A stretch of DNA of 64,000 nucleotides. Source: Octopus vulgaris. Its lineage: Eukaryota. This document shows, in pieces, positions 15,090-28,329 of this stretch; position 1 is the stretch's first letter, and every line of letters begins with the position of its first letter. A program made the translations under genes and the position numbers. The notes under the pieces are model-generated. The model was given only the letters and a program-made list of their open reading frames with translations. It had not been told where the DNA came from and searched no databases. The stretch lies in NCBI GenBank assembly GCA_951406725.2, contig OX597820.1, forward strand, positions 8,556,001 through 8,620,000. Direction: 5' to 3'.

Positions 15090-15090
<1 letters not shown>
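14932..15090 (+). mobile_element. Short microsatellite-flanked repeat with degenerate hammerhead-like motif (copy 1 of 3)
   Basis: tagaagagcgtaggctcgaaacgta...tacaccacctgtcttcgtc...ctccct; homologous to 51317-51506 and 57678-57880. Confidence 0.75.
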
Positions 15091-15181
<91 letters not shown>

Positions 15182-15350
15182 CATAAATATATATATAAAT
15201 AATATGAGGGGTTTAGTTCAGTTGTGATCTAAGCGAATTGGTACGTTGTGTAAGTGCTATAATTGAGTCATCCGTTAGGTTCCAAGTTCACGGCTGAGGC
15301 AGGAGCTAGGGATCCGTAGTAGGCTTCCGAGTTAACAGGTATACATTAGA

Positions 15351-15736
15351 GGAAAAGGACATCAAAAACCAAGGCAGGACAGGTATCTCAAGTCATTTAT
15401 AATGATTTAATTGGGTTAAGGTGAATTTGAAGACCTACTGGGGGTATCCCAAGTGATAGGCTAGCATGTCCGTACACTGGATATTCCGTCACAAGACACA
15501 AGGTGAGAATGTATGAAAGTTCTTCATTCGTTATAATCTGTGGATTTTCCTGTCTAGAACTTTCATGCATACTCACCTTGTCTCTGATGATGGAATACCC
15601 AGCGTACGGACATGTTAACTTATCACTTGGGATATCCCAGAAACGGCTGTAAGACTTCAAACTAACCTTACCCTAATTAAATCATTATAAATTCCTTGAG
15701 ACACTCGTTCTGCCTTGCTTTTGGATGTCCTTTTCC
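15351..15736. repeat. Long imperfect inverted repeat (arms 15351-15523 and 15556-15736)
   Basis: GGAAAAGGACATC...GAAAGTTCT pairs with AGAACTTTC...GATGTCCTTTTCC around a ~32-nt loop. Confidence 0.92.
15581..15654 (+). ncRNA. Type I hammerhead ribozyme motif in the right arm of the inverted repeat
   Basis: TCT-CTGATGA-TGGAATACCCAG...TTGGGATATCCCA-GAAAC-GGCT-GTA-AGA: intact core, long stem II, 2-bp stem III, GUA cleavage triplet, stem I TCT/AGA. Confidence 0.72.
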
Positions 15737-17169
15737 ACATGTGTGTGCATGTGTGTTTATATGCATACATATGTATATGTATAGACATGTCCATAAATAC
15801 ATAAATATACACAGTCATACACACACATACATCACTACTTATCTACATACATACATACATGCATACATATATACGAAATCCCAAACCTGTGCATCAATGT
15901 TCTCCCGTTTCACACATTGAAGGCTCCAAATACCTGGGCATAGATCAAAAACATATAACATACGACGGTGCAGTCAAAAAAGATTGAGAAAACTGAGAAC
16001 ATTATTCTGCAAATTCCCATCAAAACTTCTACCAAGGGCAAACTTAAGTTGGTTGGGTTTTTGTTGCTTGGGACAGACAAGAAAAGGTATGAACCGTCAT
16101 ACAGGTCAGTCCTCTTGCTGATGTGAATATCTCTTTGGAAAATCAAAGAGAAATAGGATCACTATAGAGAACTGCTCCGAAACCTCCTACTTCTTTCTAC
16201 ATCCGGATTATCAATTCAGATTTATATCAATGCTCTTGGCTTTGTGAGTAAATGCCTAGGTGACATACATACAAACATGCATACATACATACATACATAC
16301 ATACATACATACATACATACATACATACATACATTCATACATACATACAAAAATACCCTGTTGTTGATGCTGAAATTCCAATGAAGAAGTCTTGGATTTA
16401 GGTTAGAAACCGGTTCTTACTGTATTGGCAAAAAATCTTGAAAATAAACGTAATAATGACATACATACATACATACATACATACATACATACATACATAC
16501 ATACATACATACATACATACATACATAAAGTTCAATAAAAGGCAAACACTACAGTCCCTGTATTTATTGAAATTTTCAAGATTTGTATTTGGAATTTACG
16601 TTACAAATATAACGAAATTGTTTCACTGTTAGTTTTGACTAACCTACAAACAAATACTTTATTTCAAAAATTTACATGTGCTTCTATGGGGTCCACAGAT
16701 GATAAGATAGCTCCCAGGGGATCCACAAGCGAAATAAGGTTGGGAACACATACCCTATATCTTAGTTTACCTTATCTAGAAACTAAAACCTAGAAACTTC
16801 AACTCTGGTTAAAATTTGGGCTCCTACCATTTTATTAATTTAAATTTTAAAACCCGAATAATCAGGTCAACCTGAGGTTACAACTAATTTTCAACAACTT
16901 TAATTTGACATCATTCCATTTAAAGCAACAAAATTTCTAAATCTATCAATATTTATATCCTGATAAGAGCTTTCATGACGTTTATCATATTAATAAAAAT
17001 AGGATCCTTTCACTATCTAGGTAAAAAAAAAAAACTGAAAATTACTGTCTTCGACTGACCCATATCCATGAAAAGCCCATATCAAATTTCAACATAATGG
17101 TTAGAGAATATCTAACCTAAATACAATGTTAATATGGTAATAGGGGCTGACCCATCCTTGTGACTGTCC

Positions 17170-17217
<48 letters not shown>

Positions 17218-17744
17218 GCACTTCTACTAAGTACCACTCCCTCACTTTCTCGCGCCCCCTTATAACCTGCATTCCCCTGTTCTCTATTCTACTTGAACAT
17301 CTCAATCGTCCCCCCCACCTTCCCCACTCAATAGCTTTCCCCCAAGTACTCTACTTGTTACTTCCAGGAATGGGTTGGACGAAAGTAGCAGTAATTTTCT
17401 TGGGTCATTCAATTTATCTCAATTGATCAATAGACCAATTGATTAAACCTATCGGTTATGTACCTACAACGATTACTGGAAACAGCTGTAAAGCAAATTT
17501 GCTCTAATAAAGGAATTTTATGTAATGACCATTATTTCTAAATATCACTCTGTAAAACCAGTTTTTGTCTGAAACCCATCCACGGATTTACAATAAAGAA
17601 TTGTGATGAACCATAACTTGGGACCCTGCCAAAAGATTACTTTTTAGTTCTTCACTATTCTAAGTAATTTTGTTAGCCTGGTGTGCCATCAGAGAGCTCC
17701 AGAAGTATTTTGTCCGGATTGGTAACCCCTCACTATTTGTTCCG

Positions 17745-17778
<34 letters not shown>

Positions 17779-18261
17779 TGGAAACACGTGTCGTTATTCT
17801 ACCAAATATATACGTTTTTATTATTATTTTGCAATTTACTTAATCATCGGTATATTATTGTTATTTTAATTCTAATATTTCTATTATATGTAATTTTCTA
17901 GATGGTGTAATTTAATTGTTCATTTTGAATTGATAAAAGGTGTTTTTTTTTCTAATTTATAAATATATATATATATTATATTTTGTAAAATTTGATTTAG
18001 TATTTCTAAATTGAATTTTTCCCTGTAAATTAGGAATAATATTCCCTCAAATAATTATTATATATATATGTATGTATGTATGTATGTATATATATGCATA
18101 TATGTATGTGCGTATATATATATATATATATATATACATACACACACATACACACACACACGCACTTGCACACGCACGTGCGCGCGCATGTGTATGTATT
18201 TGTATGTTTCTGTGAGTGTTACAATTTATTAATCCATGGCTTTTGTTCTCTCTACTTGCAG

Positions 18262-19973
18262 GTTGGTTTGCCATTACCCAGGAACATTCGACAGCCAAAT
18301 CACAGATGATCGCCCAAAAAGTAGTGCCTTGTAAATATGTAGAGAAATTGGCTCGGACCAAAGCCAGCCGGTTTTTGATTGCCGGAACGGATAAAATCAA
18401 AGCTTTACAAGTAATTAACAGAGAAGGCAGCAATGTTGACTTCGAGCAGCGAATGCTTTTCCCTGGAGACATTCTTCAGAAGGGACGTGTATTTACAGGC
18501 AAGGCCAAAATAAAACGGAAAGGTATTTTGCGAAAGACTAAATATGTGGAAGAGAATTTCCTTATGAGTACCGATGATATGGATCGTGAATTAATGCTTC
18601 CAATCTCCCAGAAAGGGACATTTTACCAGGTTGGTCCTTTAAGTAAACCATTAATTTTACAACTCGAAGATCTGCTTAAAGAAACATCTTGTCCGTGTGT
18701 GGTGAAGCTGGTATACGGTAAAGAACCAGCGACGCCTTGTTCGTTTACTGGGACATTAGTATTGAAGAAATCTTTCGAAGACACAACAATTATAGCTTCG
18801 ACCATTCTAAACAAAAAGAACATTCTCATGGAAGTTCCCGTGTTTTGTCCCCTAAAATATTACGTGGCCGAAAACAACAGTGAGCTAACCGGAAACTGCA
18901 ACTATCAGGCAGCCATAAGACTGTGTAAAGAGAAGGCACACATCTACGCCAGGGACATGAAAGTTCTGTATAGTTTCCCTTCTGATGTCAAAGAGGCAAT
19001 CTACTCAAACTGCATCAGCGAGCGCCCCCATGCGGCGTTACCGGACCCACCAAATTCTTCGACCATTTACGCCCATCCTCGTTCGTTCGAACATAAAAGC
19101 GAGGCGGAGATCGAAGACGGTAACTATCAATCAATGACCTGGATTAACAAGAACAAACCTCTCTTACCAACACCCAGCAAACAATTCGAGGTCATTGAGA
19201 ACAATTACATGACTCTACCCGTGTACAGGAATAAAATCCAGCAGCAGCAGCAGGGGGATGACTGGGTACCCGGCCATAACAATATAAATATTAGTCAGGA
19301 AGATAACGCCGATTTATCAAACTGGCGAATATCGTCCGTCGATTGTTTTGAGACGGAATCTGTTTACCATAACCAGGACTGCAATGATTTGGGTGTCGAA
19401 TCCCCGTTGCCACAAAAAGCCAGTCCGAAAAGGCGCACTTCGGGTTCGTCTTACAGTGGTTCCTCGGGTGGTAACACTGATTACGAAGACGTTGAATACG
19501 CCAACTTGGAGGACCTCAAAGAACTCTCCCAGTATCTGGACAGCGAAGCAAGTAGCGTGGCCGGAAGCGGAAGTGATCTGGTAAAAGAAAATAAATTCCC
19601 TTCAGAAGAAAATATTTTATATTCCGATGAAAACAACGAGGATGATTTGCCGCTAGGAGCGTCGTTGTCGACTTACGGAGTAGAACCGTCATCTCGAATT
19701 TCCAATTCGTCTTCGGGGGATTCCGGTGTGCGGGACATCATAAACAGTAAAGCTGAACACATTATCGGAATGTCAATCCGAGATTTATCGTCTGCTATGG
19801 AGAAACTAGGAATACGACAAGAAATTAGAGAAAAAATGATATCAGAGAAAATAGACGGAACCCTAATGACACAATTGGACAAAGATGCATTGGAGTGCAT
19901 TCCAGGGATCCGGAAACTTGAAGTGACCAAACTGGCAATGTTTATTAAAGGATGGAGACCCACTGAACAATAA
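18262..19973 (+). CDS. Terminal coding exon of a GAREM/Themis-like adaptor protein (CABIT domain, Tyr/Pro-rich linker, C-terminal SAM domain)
   Basis: Open frame of ~570 codons after polypyrimidine tract + CAG acceptor (ttttgttctctctacttgcag|GT, phase 1); CABIT-like GWF, LMLPISQKGTFY, CPCVVKLVYG...FTGTLVL; SAM-like end SEKIDGTLMTQL...KLAMFIKGWRP resembling the GAREM C-terminus; upstream exons not identified. Confidence 0.85.
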
Positions 19974-20689
19974 GTCCTTCCGATCAAATAGACTCGAAAC
20001 TGATATTTCAAAGGGACAATCTCTAATTAGATATTCTAATTATACATCTGTAATTATATATTTTAATTGGACATTCCAAACAAACATTGTAAACAGTGTA
20101 TATAAGATGCTGGCGGTTTCAGAGCCCTTTCCACCTCAAAGAACTTTCGACTAAAGAGGATGTATATTATACCAAGCCCTCAAAAAGAAAAAAAGGGGCT
20201 TTGGACTCAAGTTATGTTATGACCTTAAAGGGACCAGATTGGTTGCCTTAAAACCTTGTGAAGGCGAAACACTGCCCCTGCCCTCTCTTTGCAATGGTTG
20301 ATTCTTGTTTAGCGAAAAATATTTTAGTAAAATTATTTATAAATGATTGTAAAAAGTGTGTAAAAATATGTGTGTGCATGTGTGTGTGTGTACCTATATG
20401 TATGTATGTGCGTGTGTGTGCGCGACCGTGAGCGTATGCGTGTGCGTGTGTGTGTATGTAGAAAGGTATTTTTAAGTATATATATATGTGTGTATATATA
20501 CATATATATATATGAAAATGAAATTGGAAAATTTTTTGGTATTATTTAATTATTTATTCACCATTCTACATGTTTCATTTGCTAATAGAAGTTATGAAAC
20601 TTTACATGTAATAGAAAACATGTAAGGTATCTCCTATTAGAAATTAGACGCAGAATATAATATAATTCTATCTGAAGAATTTCTCGTGG

Positions 20690-20790
20690 TTCTTTACGTA
20701 CTGAGTGCAAATTCCGTCGAGGTCGACTTCGCCCTTTCCACCCTTTCGGGGGGTCCATAAAATAAAGGGCTCGTCAAGAAGTGGATCCAA
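20690..20790 (+). mobile_element. Degenerate SINE-A fragment
   Basis: ctgagtgcaaattccgtcgaggtcgacttcgccc similar to the SINE-A core. Confidence 0.6.
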
Positions 20791-20837
20791 GTACTCACTC
20801 CTTATTTCAACACTGTTGGCCTTGTGCTAAAATTAGA

Positions 20838-20961
<124 letters not shown>

Positions 20962-20987
20962 ACATATATACATATATATATATAGAC

Positions 20988-21034
<47 letters not shown>

Positions 21035-21061
21035 TATAAAATGTATTCGCTCACTCATTCA

Positions 21062-21132
<71 letters not shown>

Positions 21133-21768
21133 CATATATATATACATATATATATACATATACATATACATGTATATACATATATACATATGTACATATA
21201 TATACATATATACATATATATAAAACTTGTTCGCTCACTCATTCATATATGTATATATATATATGCATATATATATATATGCATATATATATGTAAATAA
21301 ATATATATGTATATAAATATATATATGTATGTATATATATATATATATAAATAAATATATAAATATATATATATATGTATGTATATATATATATAAATAT
21401 AAATATGAGCGGGCGAACAAAGTAAACTCGGTCGCACTCGAAGCATAGTTGCAGAGAAACAAAGCACTGACTTAGTTTCTCGTGTTACTTAAAGTTTCGT
21501 GTACTTGAAAGGATGTTTTTCTCGCCCACTTAACTTTAACATAAGCGGCTCAGCTACATGTATATAACAGTGTGTATGTGTGTGTCTATGTGTGTGTGTG
21601 TGTGTGTGTGTATACATACGCACACACACACACACACACAGGTATATGCTTCAATACACACCTCTATATACATTCATACGCCCGCGTACGTATAATGACC
21701 ATGCAAGTGAATGTAAGCATGTGTGCCTGTGCGTATGCATGTGCTTGTGTATGCTTGTCTGTGTCTGC

Positions 21769-21847
<79 letters not shown>

Positions 21848-21924
21848 CAATGGACTTTAGTTACAAATGTTTCTGAATGAAAACCTACTCCACCCCAACC
21901 CGTACCATCACAAAACGCCCACGC

Positions 21925-21955
<31 letters not shown>

Positions 21956-22085
21956 GGGTTTCTAGCGAGAGAAAGAGACCCAAACAAAATGGTGGTCTTT
22001 ACAGAATTATTTTCTTTAATTTATTATCCCAGCCACTATTGTATGAATACCCCCATCGACAACCTACCACCACCAACAGCCAGAA

Positions 22086-22157
<72 letters not shown>

Positions 22158-22495
22158 CGTTGTTGTTGTTATTGTTATTATCATTATTGCTATTCACGTG
22201 ATTGAACGCGTAAATCACGTGATGTTTACCATATTGAATAAATTCTGAGACTTTTCAATGAAATATGTTATTAATATTGCTGCACCTGCTGTAGTTGTTG
22301 TTGTTGTTGTTGTTTAGTTCCATTTCAGTCAGGCTTCTACAGGACTATCATCCAAAAAGCTCCATCAATCACCATTCTGTGGTGCTTTTTTTTTTTTTTT
22401 TCACAAATACTGTTCTTTGCCTTCCACAATCGAATGCCTTTTTTTTGTTTTGCATACTTTCTCTTTGGAGCCGATTGGTGCCTTTCCTCAGGGAA

Positions 22496-22825
22496 GTTAG
22501 TTAGTTAGTTAGTTAGTTAATTTTTTGGCTCAAAAAGCAAAAAGCAAGGCCATGTAGGGGGACATGGAGTTAAGTACAGGGTGGTGTTCATGTAAAGAAT
22601 TCAGTTCAGGCCACTTGAGGTCCAGGGAGGCTTTGAACAAAGCGGTCGTCGGCATCTTCACCTTCTCGTCTGGCAGCTTGTTCCACGGATCCGCAACCCG
22701 GACGGAGAAAGCTCCTCTCCTTCGATTGAGATGAAATCGTCGCAGGTAGAGCTTTTCGGAATGACCCCGCAGCCGACGCTCTGGAGCAGGAGTGAAGAAC
22801 AGCTCTTTCGAGAGGTTACGGCTCC
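22496..22825 (-). mobile_element. CR1-clade LINE 3' end (5'-truncated) with (TAAC)n tail
   Basis: LRGHSEKL...RRGAFSVRVADPWNKLP is typical of the CR1 ORF2 C-terminus; followed by a short UTR and (TAAC)n. Confidence 0.85.
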
Positions 22826-23391
22826 TGCAGTTTTGGCGGGGTCTCGGGTAAACAAACCGGCAGTTTGTACCGTCTCCCCCATGCCAACATTTGCCTTGCA
22901 GGGAAAATTTCCATGTCCTCATCTCCAATTTTTTTCTCCTTAACAGTTTCGGATTCCTTCGGAATAGTTTCGGATTCCATATTTGAGTTGCCCTTCTTTG
23001 CTTTTCGTTTCGTGTCTTTAGGTTTCGCTATTAGCTTTAATTCTTTCATCTTTTCCTTCTCCTTTCTCTCCCTTTCCTGTCTTATGTTTATGCTCGTGGT
23101 CTTTCCTTCCTTTACCGATGGTGGCCCTAGCATTCCTCAGGTTATCCATAGGGGTGAGGGCTCCATTCTTTTGTGGGACCACTGGCACAGAGGGAATTCT
23201 AGTTGTTGCTTCTTCATCTTCCCTATCTTTATCAGCCTGGTTGTTCACGGGGGTGGGGACCCATTCTTTTGTGGGCCCACTGGATTAGAGGGATGTTGGT
23301 TCTGGTTTCATCAAGCCTATCCCTATCAGCTTTACTAGTTATCTTCCGTGATGTCATCAAGTATGTCAATGTGTGGTCTAACATATATATG

Positions 23392-23429
<38 letters not shown>

Positions 23430-23620
23430 CTAGCACTATGACCCAGCCTTGCCGGGTCATAGAGCTAGAGCATTGCATATAGAGCTGCGTGCGTGCGCAC
23501 ATACACGCGAGTACTGTCCAAATCTCCGACCAATCACATACAGCTAGCTGGCATTCAATTGGCGTATCAAGTTTCAGGCATTTTGATTGGGTTTTGGATA
23601 GAAAATTCACAAAAAGTCAC
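23430..23620 (-). mobile_element. Non-autonomous Helitron-like 3' end
   Basis: Hairpin CTATGACCC-GGCAAGGCT-GGGTCATAG followed by CTAG|T abutting (TA)n. Confidence 0.6.
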
Positions 23621-24667
23621 TACCTCTACATGTACATATACACGCATATATGAGTACAGGACACCAAAAGGACGTCGAACACAATGAGAAACGAAAACAT
23701 AGATACAAACCAAAGGAACTGGACATTTTTTTAAACAACAAAAAAATAGAGTACAGGACAATTAACACAAAGAAAAAACCCCTTCTTCAGTCGCTATGGT
23801 TTCATCTACTCTACGTTTCGAAGGATAAAAGCGAGACGTATCTCGACAAGAAACTTTCCTTCCTGCGAAAAGCAAATCAATTAAAATTCTGAGATCTTTT
23901 CGCAGAGGGGTAAAAAATGGTAACAAAAACAGGACAGTAACGACAGTACAAATTATAAACAGTAAAAGACAGGACAAGGAAAAACAAGATAAGAAGGGCT
24001 GTTAACGCCGAACGAAAAAAAGTATTGCAAACGCGGGTTTTTTTATGAACGACGAGCGGAGCAAAAAGAATTGTCGTCCATACCTTGAGAGGGCCAGGCC
24101 AGAAAGACAGTAGCGGAAGTCTCGTCGCGGGTCAACGACGGGAGGGGGGAGGAGGAGCAAGAGAAAGGGAGAGAAGAAGGGGAATGGCTGCGAGGAAACC
24201 ATGAAGAATGGAGAGGGGAAGAGAGAGAGTGAAGAATGAGAGAGAGGAAGAGACAAGTTAAGTAGAGGAAAAGGAAATCAAAGAATGAAGGCTGAGAAAG
24301 GGATGGGACAGAAAGGTTAAGAGTGCGCATCAAAGTTAATATCAACAAAACTTGATATAAAGAACAATCTTACTTAAAAGGGATGCGTGCGTTTCGTCAT
24401 ATAATATATTAATAAATAAAATAAAACATATGCATATATATAAACATATATGTACGTACCTACCTCTACATGTACATATACACGCATATATGAGTACAGG
24501 ACACCAAAAAGACATCGAACACAATGAGAAACGAAAACATAGATACAAACCAAAGGAACTGGACATTTTTTTAAACAACAAAAAAATAGAGTACAGGACA
24601 AATAACACAAAGAAAAAACCCCTTCTTCAGTCGCTATGGTTTCATCTACTCTACGTTTCGAAGGATA
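23620..24667 (+). repeat. Pair of ~207-bp near-identical direct repeats (23620-23827 and 24460-24667) with a diverged third unit at ~24668-24840
   Basis: ctacctctacatgtac...cgtttcgaaggata occurs twice, 840 bp apart. Confidence 0.9.
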
Positions 24668-25125
24668 TACAGGACACCACAAATAAACGTAGAACACAAC
24701 GAGAAACGAAAACATAAAATCAAACAAGGAAACGGACTTTTTTTAACAAGGGAAAAAACAGAGTACAGGACAAATAATACAAAGGAAATTCCCCTTCATC
24801 AGCTGTCCCTGGATCGACTCAATGCGTGTTTCGAAGGTAAGGGCAGAATAAACAAAACATAAAACGACTCGATTTAAAACCAATCAGCAGATATCAATCC
24901 AGTGGATCAATCGAAAACCGATTCAACAACTCTAGTAACACTACCACATATGTATCTGTTGTTCAAGCACCCGACTCAGCGAGCACCACCACCACCACCA
25001 CCTCCTCCTTCAAATACATCGATTGCCCAACTCCTTCAACGTCGCTTTTTTTAAAATGTCAAAAGTTGTGAATCTGTTATGAAATCAGACAAGCGTTGAC
25101 GGAAATTAGTACAGCGTGAGAAATA

Positions 25126-25194
<69 letters not shown>

Positions 25195-25760
25195 AGTAGC
25201 AGCAGCAGCGACGGGTCGGCGGCGGCAGTTGTAGTGGTGGTGGTGGTGGTCGTCGTCGTCGTCATCGTTGACGTCGTGGCGGCGACGGAGGCGGCGGTGG
25301 TTTGGCGGCGTCGGTGGCGCTAGTTTCGGTGGTGATGGTGGTGTGGGCTACAGTGGTTGCGCCGGTGGTGTTATATCAGTACCTCCGGCCTTCCAATTAT
25401 TTAATCGACAGAATTGATGATTGAACTAGTGAGCAAAGCGGCCGAATATTCCACAGATACTTTTACCTTTCACGTAAATGCACAAGTAGAATTAACATAA
25501 TACTGTGTGTGACAAGACTGGACCGTTTGAATAACGGGTATAATCTAATCCATCCACCGGGATTCCGTGCAGTTTCCATCCACCTGATTTTACTCAAAGG
25601 GTTTGGTTGAAGTCGAGGTTCGAAATAAAGGACGGTCGGTGAGATAGAACCCCGCACTGCATGGTTGCAACACGACCTCCTTAAGCACTCGACCACATCT
25701 TACAGGCTCATATATAGATGCCAATACATAAATGTACACACACGCACGCACACACACGCA

Positions 25761-25794
<34 letters not shown>

Positions 25795-26354
25795 ACCACA
25801 TACACACATCTCCTATAAATACACGTACATCATGTCCAATCCCTGGTTGAACAGAAAAGCCACATCTGTGCTGCTCGTGTTCAAGACCAATCAAGCGACA
25901 GCTTTGCTCGAGATCCAGTATGGGCGTGTGTGAGTCTCTGTGCGTGCATGTATATGTATGCTTATATGTATATTTGCGTTGCTTATTTATATGTGTCTGT
26001 ACGTATGAGTATATATACATATATGTGTGTGTGTGTGTGTGTACGTAATATATTCATATATATATACACACACATGTGTGTGCGTGTATGTGTGTGCGCG
26101 TGTGTACATATATATATTGCTCTCAGAGAAAAAAATCGAGAACGAGAATAAGAGAGAAAAAGCAAAAACGTAGTGAAAAGAAAAAGGAGAAAAAGAAAAA
26201 AAAACGAGAAAAGGGAAGCTTTGAGGGAAGGGAGTTATGCCCCTTGGGTCTGTTAGAAGGAGAATAAAGACTGGTTATTAGGGTTAATCTGACCGCGAAA
26301 GGCTAAAGTTTGTAATACTGTATCTCTAATCCGGAGAGGATGGTGTTCTTTAAC

Positions 26355-27080
26355 TGGATAGTAGAAATTTGTTGAGATGCTTGCATTTTGTGAAAATCTC
26401 GGCTCTAGATTTCAGCAGATCGATGGCGATCTTCGATTTAAAAAGGATTTGAGTTCTTTTAGAGCAATGGAAAGCCTTCACTTCCCTGACTCATTAACGT
26501 TTATCGTAGATCTCTCGACCTTACTCCAATTGATGGTGTATTTTTGACCCCCAGGTGCCAGATGTAGTTTTCTTCTTTTCTGTGTGCAGGAAAAGAGACT
26601 GGTGATTGGTATCTTTTTTTGTAGTTGTAGTCACACAGTCCGATATATATTTTTTTTTTCTAGTTTCGATATTTGGCCAAACTGAAATGACCTCGGCTTC
26701 GAATACAACTAAGCTAATCATGCATACCTGGTTAAGAGGACATGTAACTGGGTTTCTGAAGTTATATTTTGGAATGAACACCTGTTGTGACTTATGTGTA
26801 AAAATGTTTTACGTTGCGGCAGCAGTTGTAAGAATTTTTTACAGAACGTCTACAAAAAGTTCCTTGTACTTTTGAGTATCCAGAAAATTTTTGTCTACGA
26901 AGGCTAGAAATTTTTTACCTGCGTTTGTTTTAACATTTGAAGGAGAAAGCGGGGCGAACCATATTATCTTCCTAAGTCTATTATTAGGCTTCGTTTTTTT
27001 TTTTTTAGCAAGGCTGTTTAAGTATTTATTTAAGTATTTACGTATGTTTTTCATTAGTGTATGGTATGACGCCTAAGAGC
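26355..27080 (-). mobile_element. Penelope-like retroelement 3' fragment (RT-EN linker + GIY-YIG endonuclease), decayed
   Basis: RKIIWFAP..SNVKTNAGKKFL..VDKNF; TCPLNQVC...VVFEAEV...KKYI; terminal AEIFTKCKHLNKFLL, motifs characteristic of a PLE GIY-YIG region. Confidence 0.75.
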
Positions 27081-27388
27081 GCAGGTTAATGGTTACTGTG
27101 ATTTTGTGATTAATTTAGTCACATAATTAGGTACGCAAGAAAAATATTTAATAGACATAAGGATCACAACACATTTACTGAAGAATATTTTCCAACAAAG
27201 AAAGTTCAAATTTATGAATTTTATAAATTTTCGAAAAATTACTTTTATGTGTGTGTATGGAGGGATAGATGGATTTAGTTGATGGAGGGATTCATGCATA
27301 TGTGTATGCATGTATGTATGTATGTATGTATGCACGTACTTACGTACGTACGTATGTATGTATGTATGTATGTACGTACGTACGTATG

Positions 27389-27422
<34 letters not shown>

Positions 27423-27473
27423 TGTATGTATGTATGTATGTATGTATGTATGTATGTATGTATGTATGTATGT

Positions 27474-28328
27474 GACATGGGTCACATATCGATACCACCT
27501 TAAACAACTGTAACGTATCCATCAAATGTGTCTCAGACAGATCTATGGCATTAAGTGGAAGGACTACATCAGTGATCTTGAAATACTCGAAGGCTCTTGG
27601 TGTGAAAGTATAGAAGCTCTTGTGTTAAAGTAAAGCCTCAGATGGAGTGGTCATCTGGTCAGAATGAAGGATTCAAGGATGCCAAAACAACTCTTTTATG
27701 GAGAGTTAGCTAAAGGAGAACGACCTCCACATAAACCAAAAAAGAGGTATAAGGACTTGCTGAAGGCTTCCTTAAGAGATGCTTGCATCTCTCCTGACAC
27801 ATGGGAAGGCATAGCTATTGATCGTAGCAGGTGGAGAAGGATTGTGCATGAGGGGACAGCCACGTTTGAGAAATCTCAAGTTGCACATGAGAAAGTAAGG
27901 AGGGATGTCAGGAAGGGCATCGCTGTTACACTTCCGGAAGGGAAGGGTCTTCCTTTGATTCTGACATGCAATGTCTGTGCAAGACCCTGCCTCAGTAAAG
28001 CTGGACTCATGAGTCATCTTCGTAGTCATAAAACGAGACAGATGAGTGACAAACCTGGCCACTGGGGGTGGTGTAACACACCATACTAATCATATCTGTC
28101 GGGCATGTGGAAGAGAGTGTAATTCGGCAGGAGGACTTAAACGACATGCAAAGGTACATGAAGCCCAGTTACAACTACAGCCGGCTATTGCTGGTAAAGG
28201 TTTTAGCTGCCAATTCTGTACAAGACATTGTAGATCTTTGGCTGGGCTAAAAAGTCACATTCGATCACAGCACCAGTAACAGTTAAGCTTCGTGCAATGG
28301 CCATGCTCGATAACGAGGGGGTAGCCAT
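27474..28328 (+). mobile_element. RTE-clade LINE 3' fragment with three C2H2 zinc fingers
   Basis: LRWSGHLVRMKDSRMPKQLFYGEL..G.R...KPKKRYKD; CNVC..HLRSH, CRAC..HAKVH, CQFC..HIRSQH; stops and a frameshift present; flanked on both sides by (TATG)n. Confidence 0.88.
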
Positions 28329-28329
28329 A

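Noticed and set aside
16378-16416. ATGAAGA...GAAACCGGTT hammerhead-like motif in a (CATA)n-flanked insert
   Set aside because: Core C3 is missing and stems are poor; at most a degenerate relic
18216-18261. Predicted N-terminus MLQFINPWLLFSLLA as a signal peptide
   Set aside because: Starts at GTG and overlaps the polypyrimidine tract and CAG acceptor; it is intron sequence
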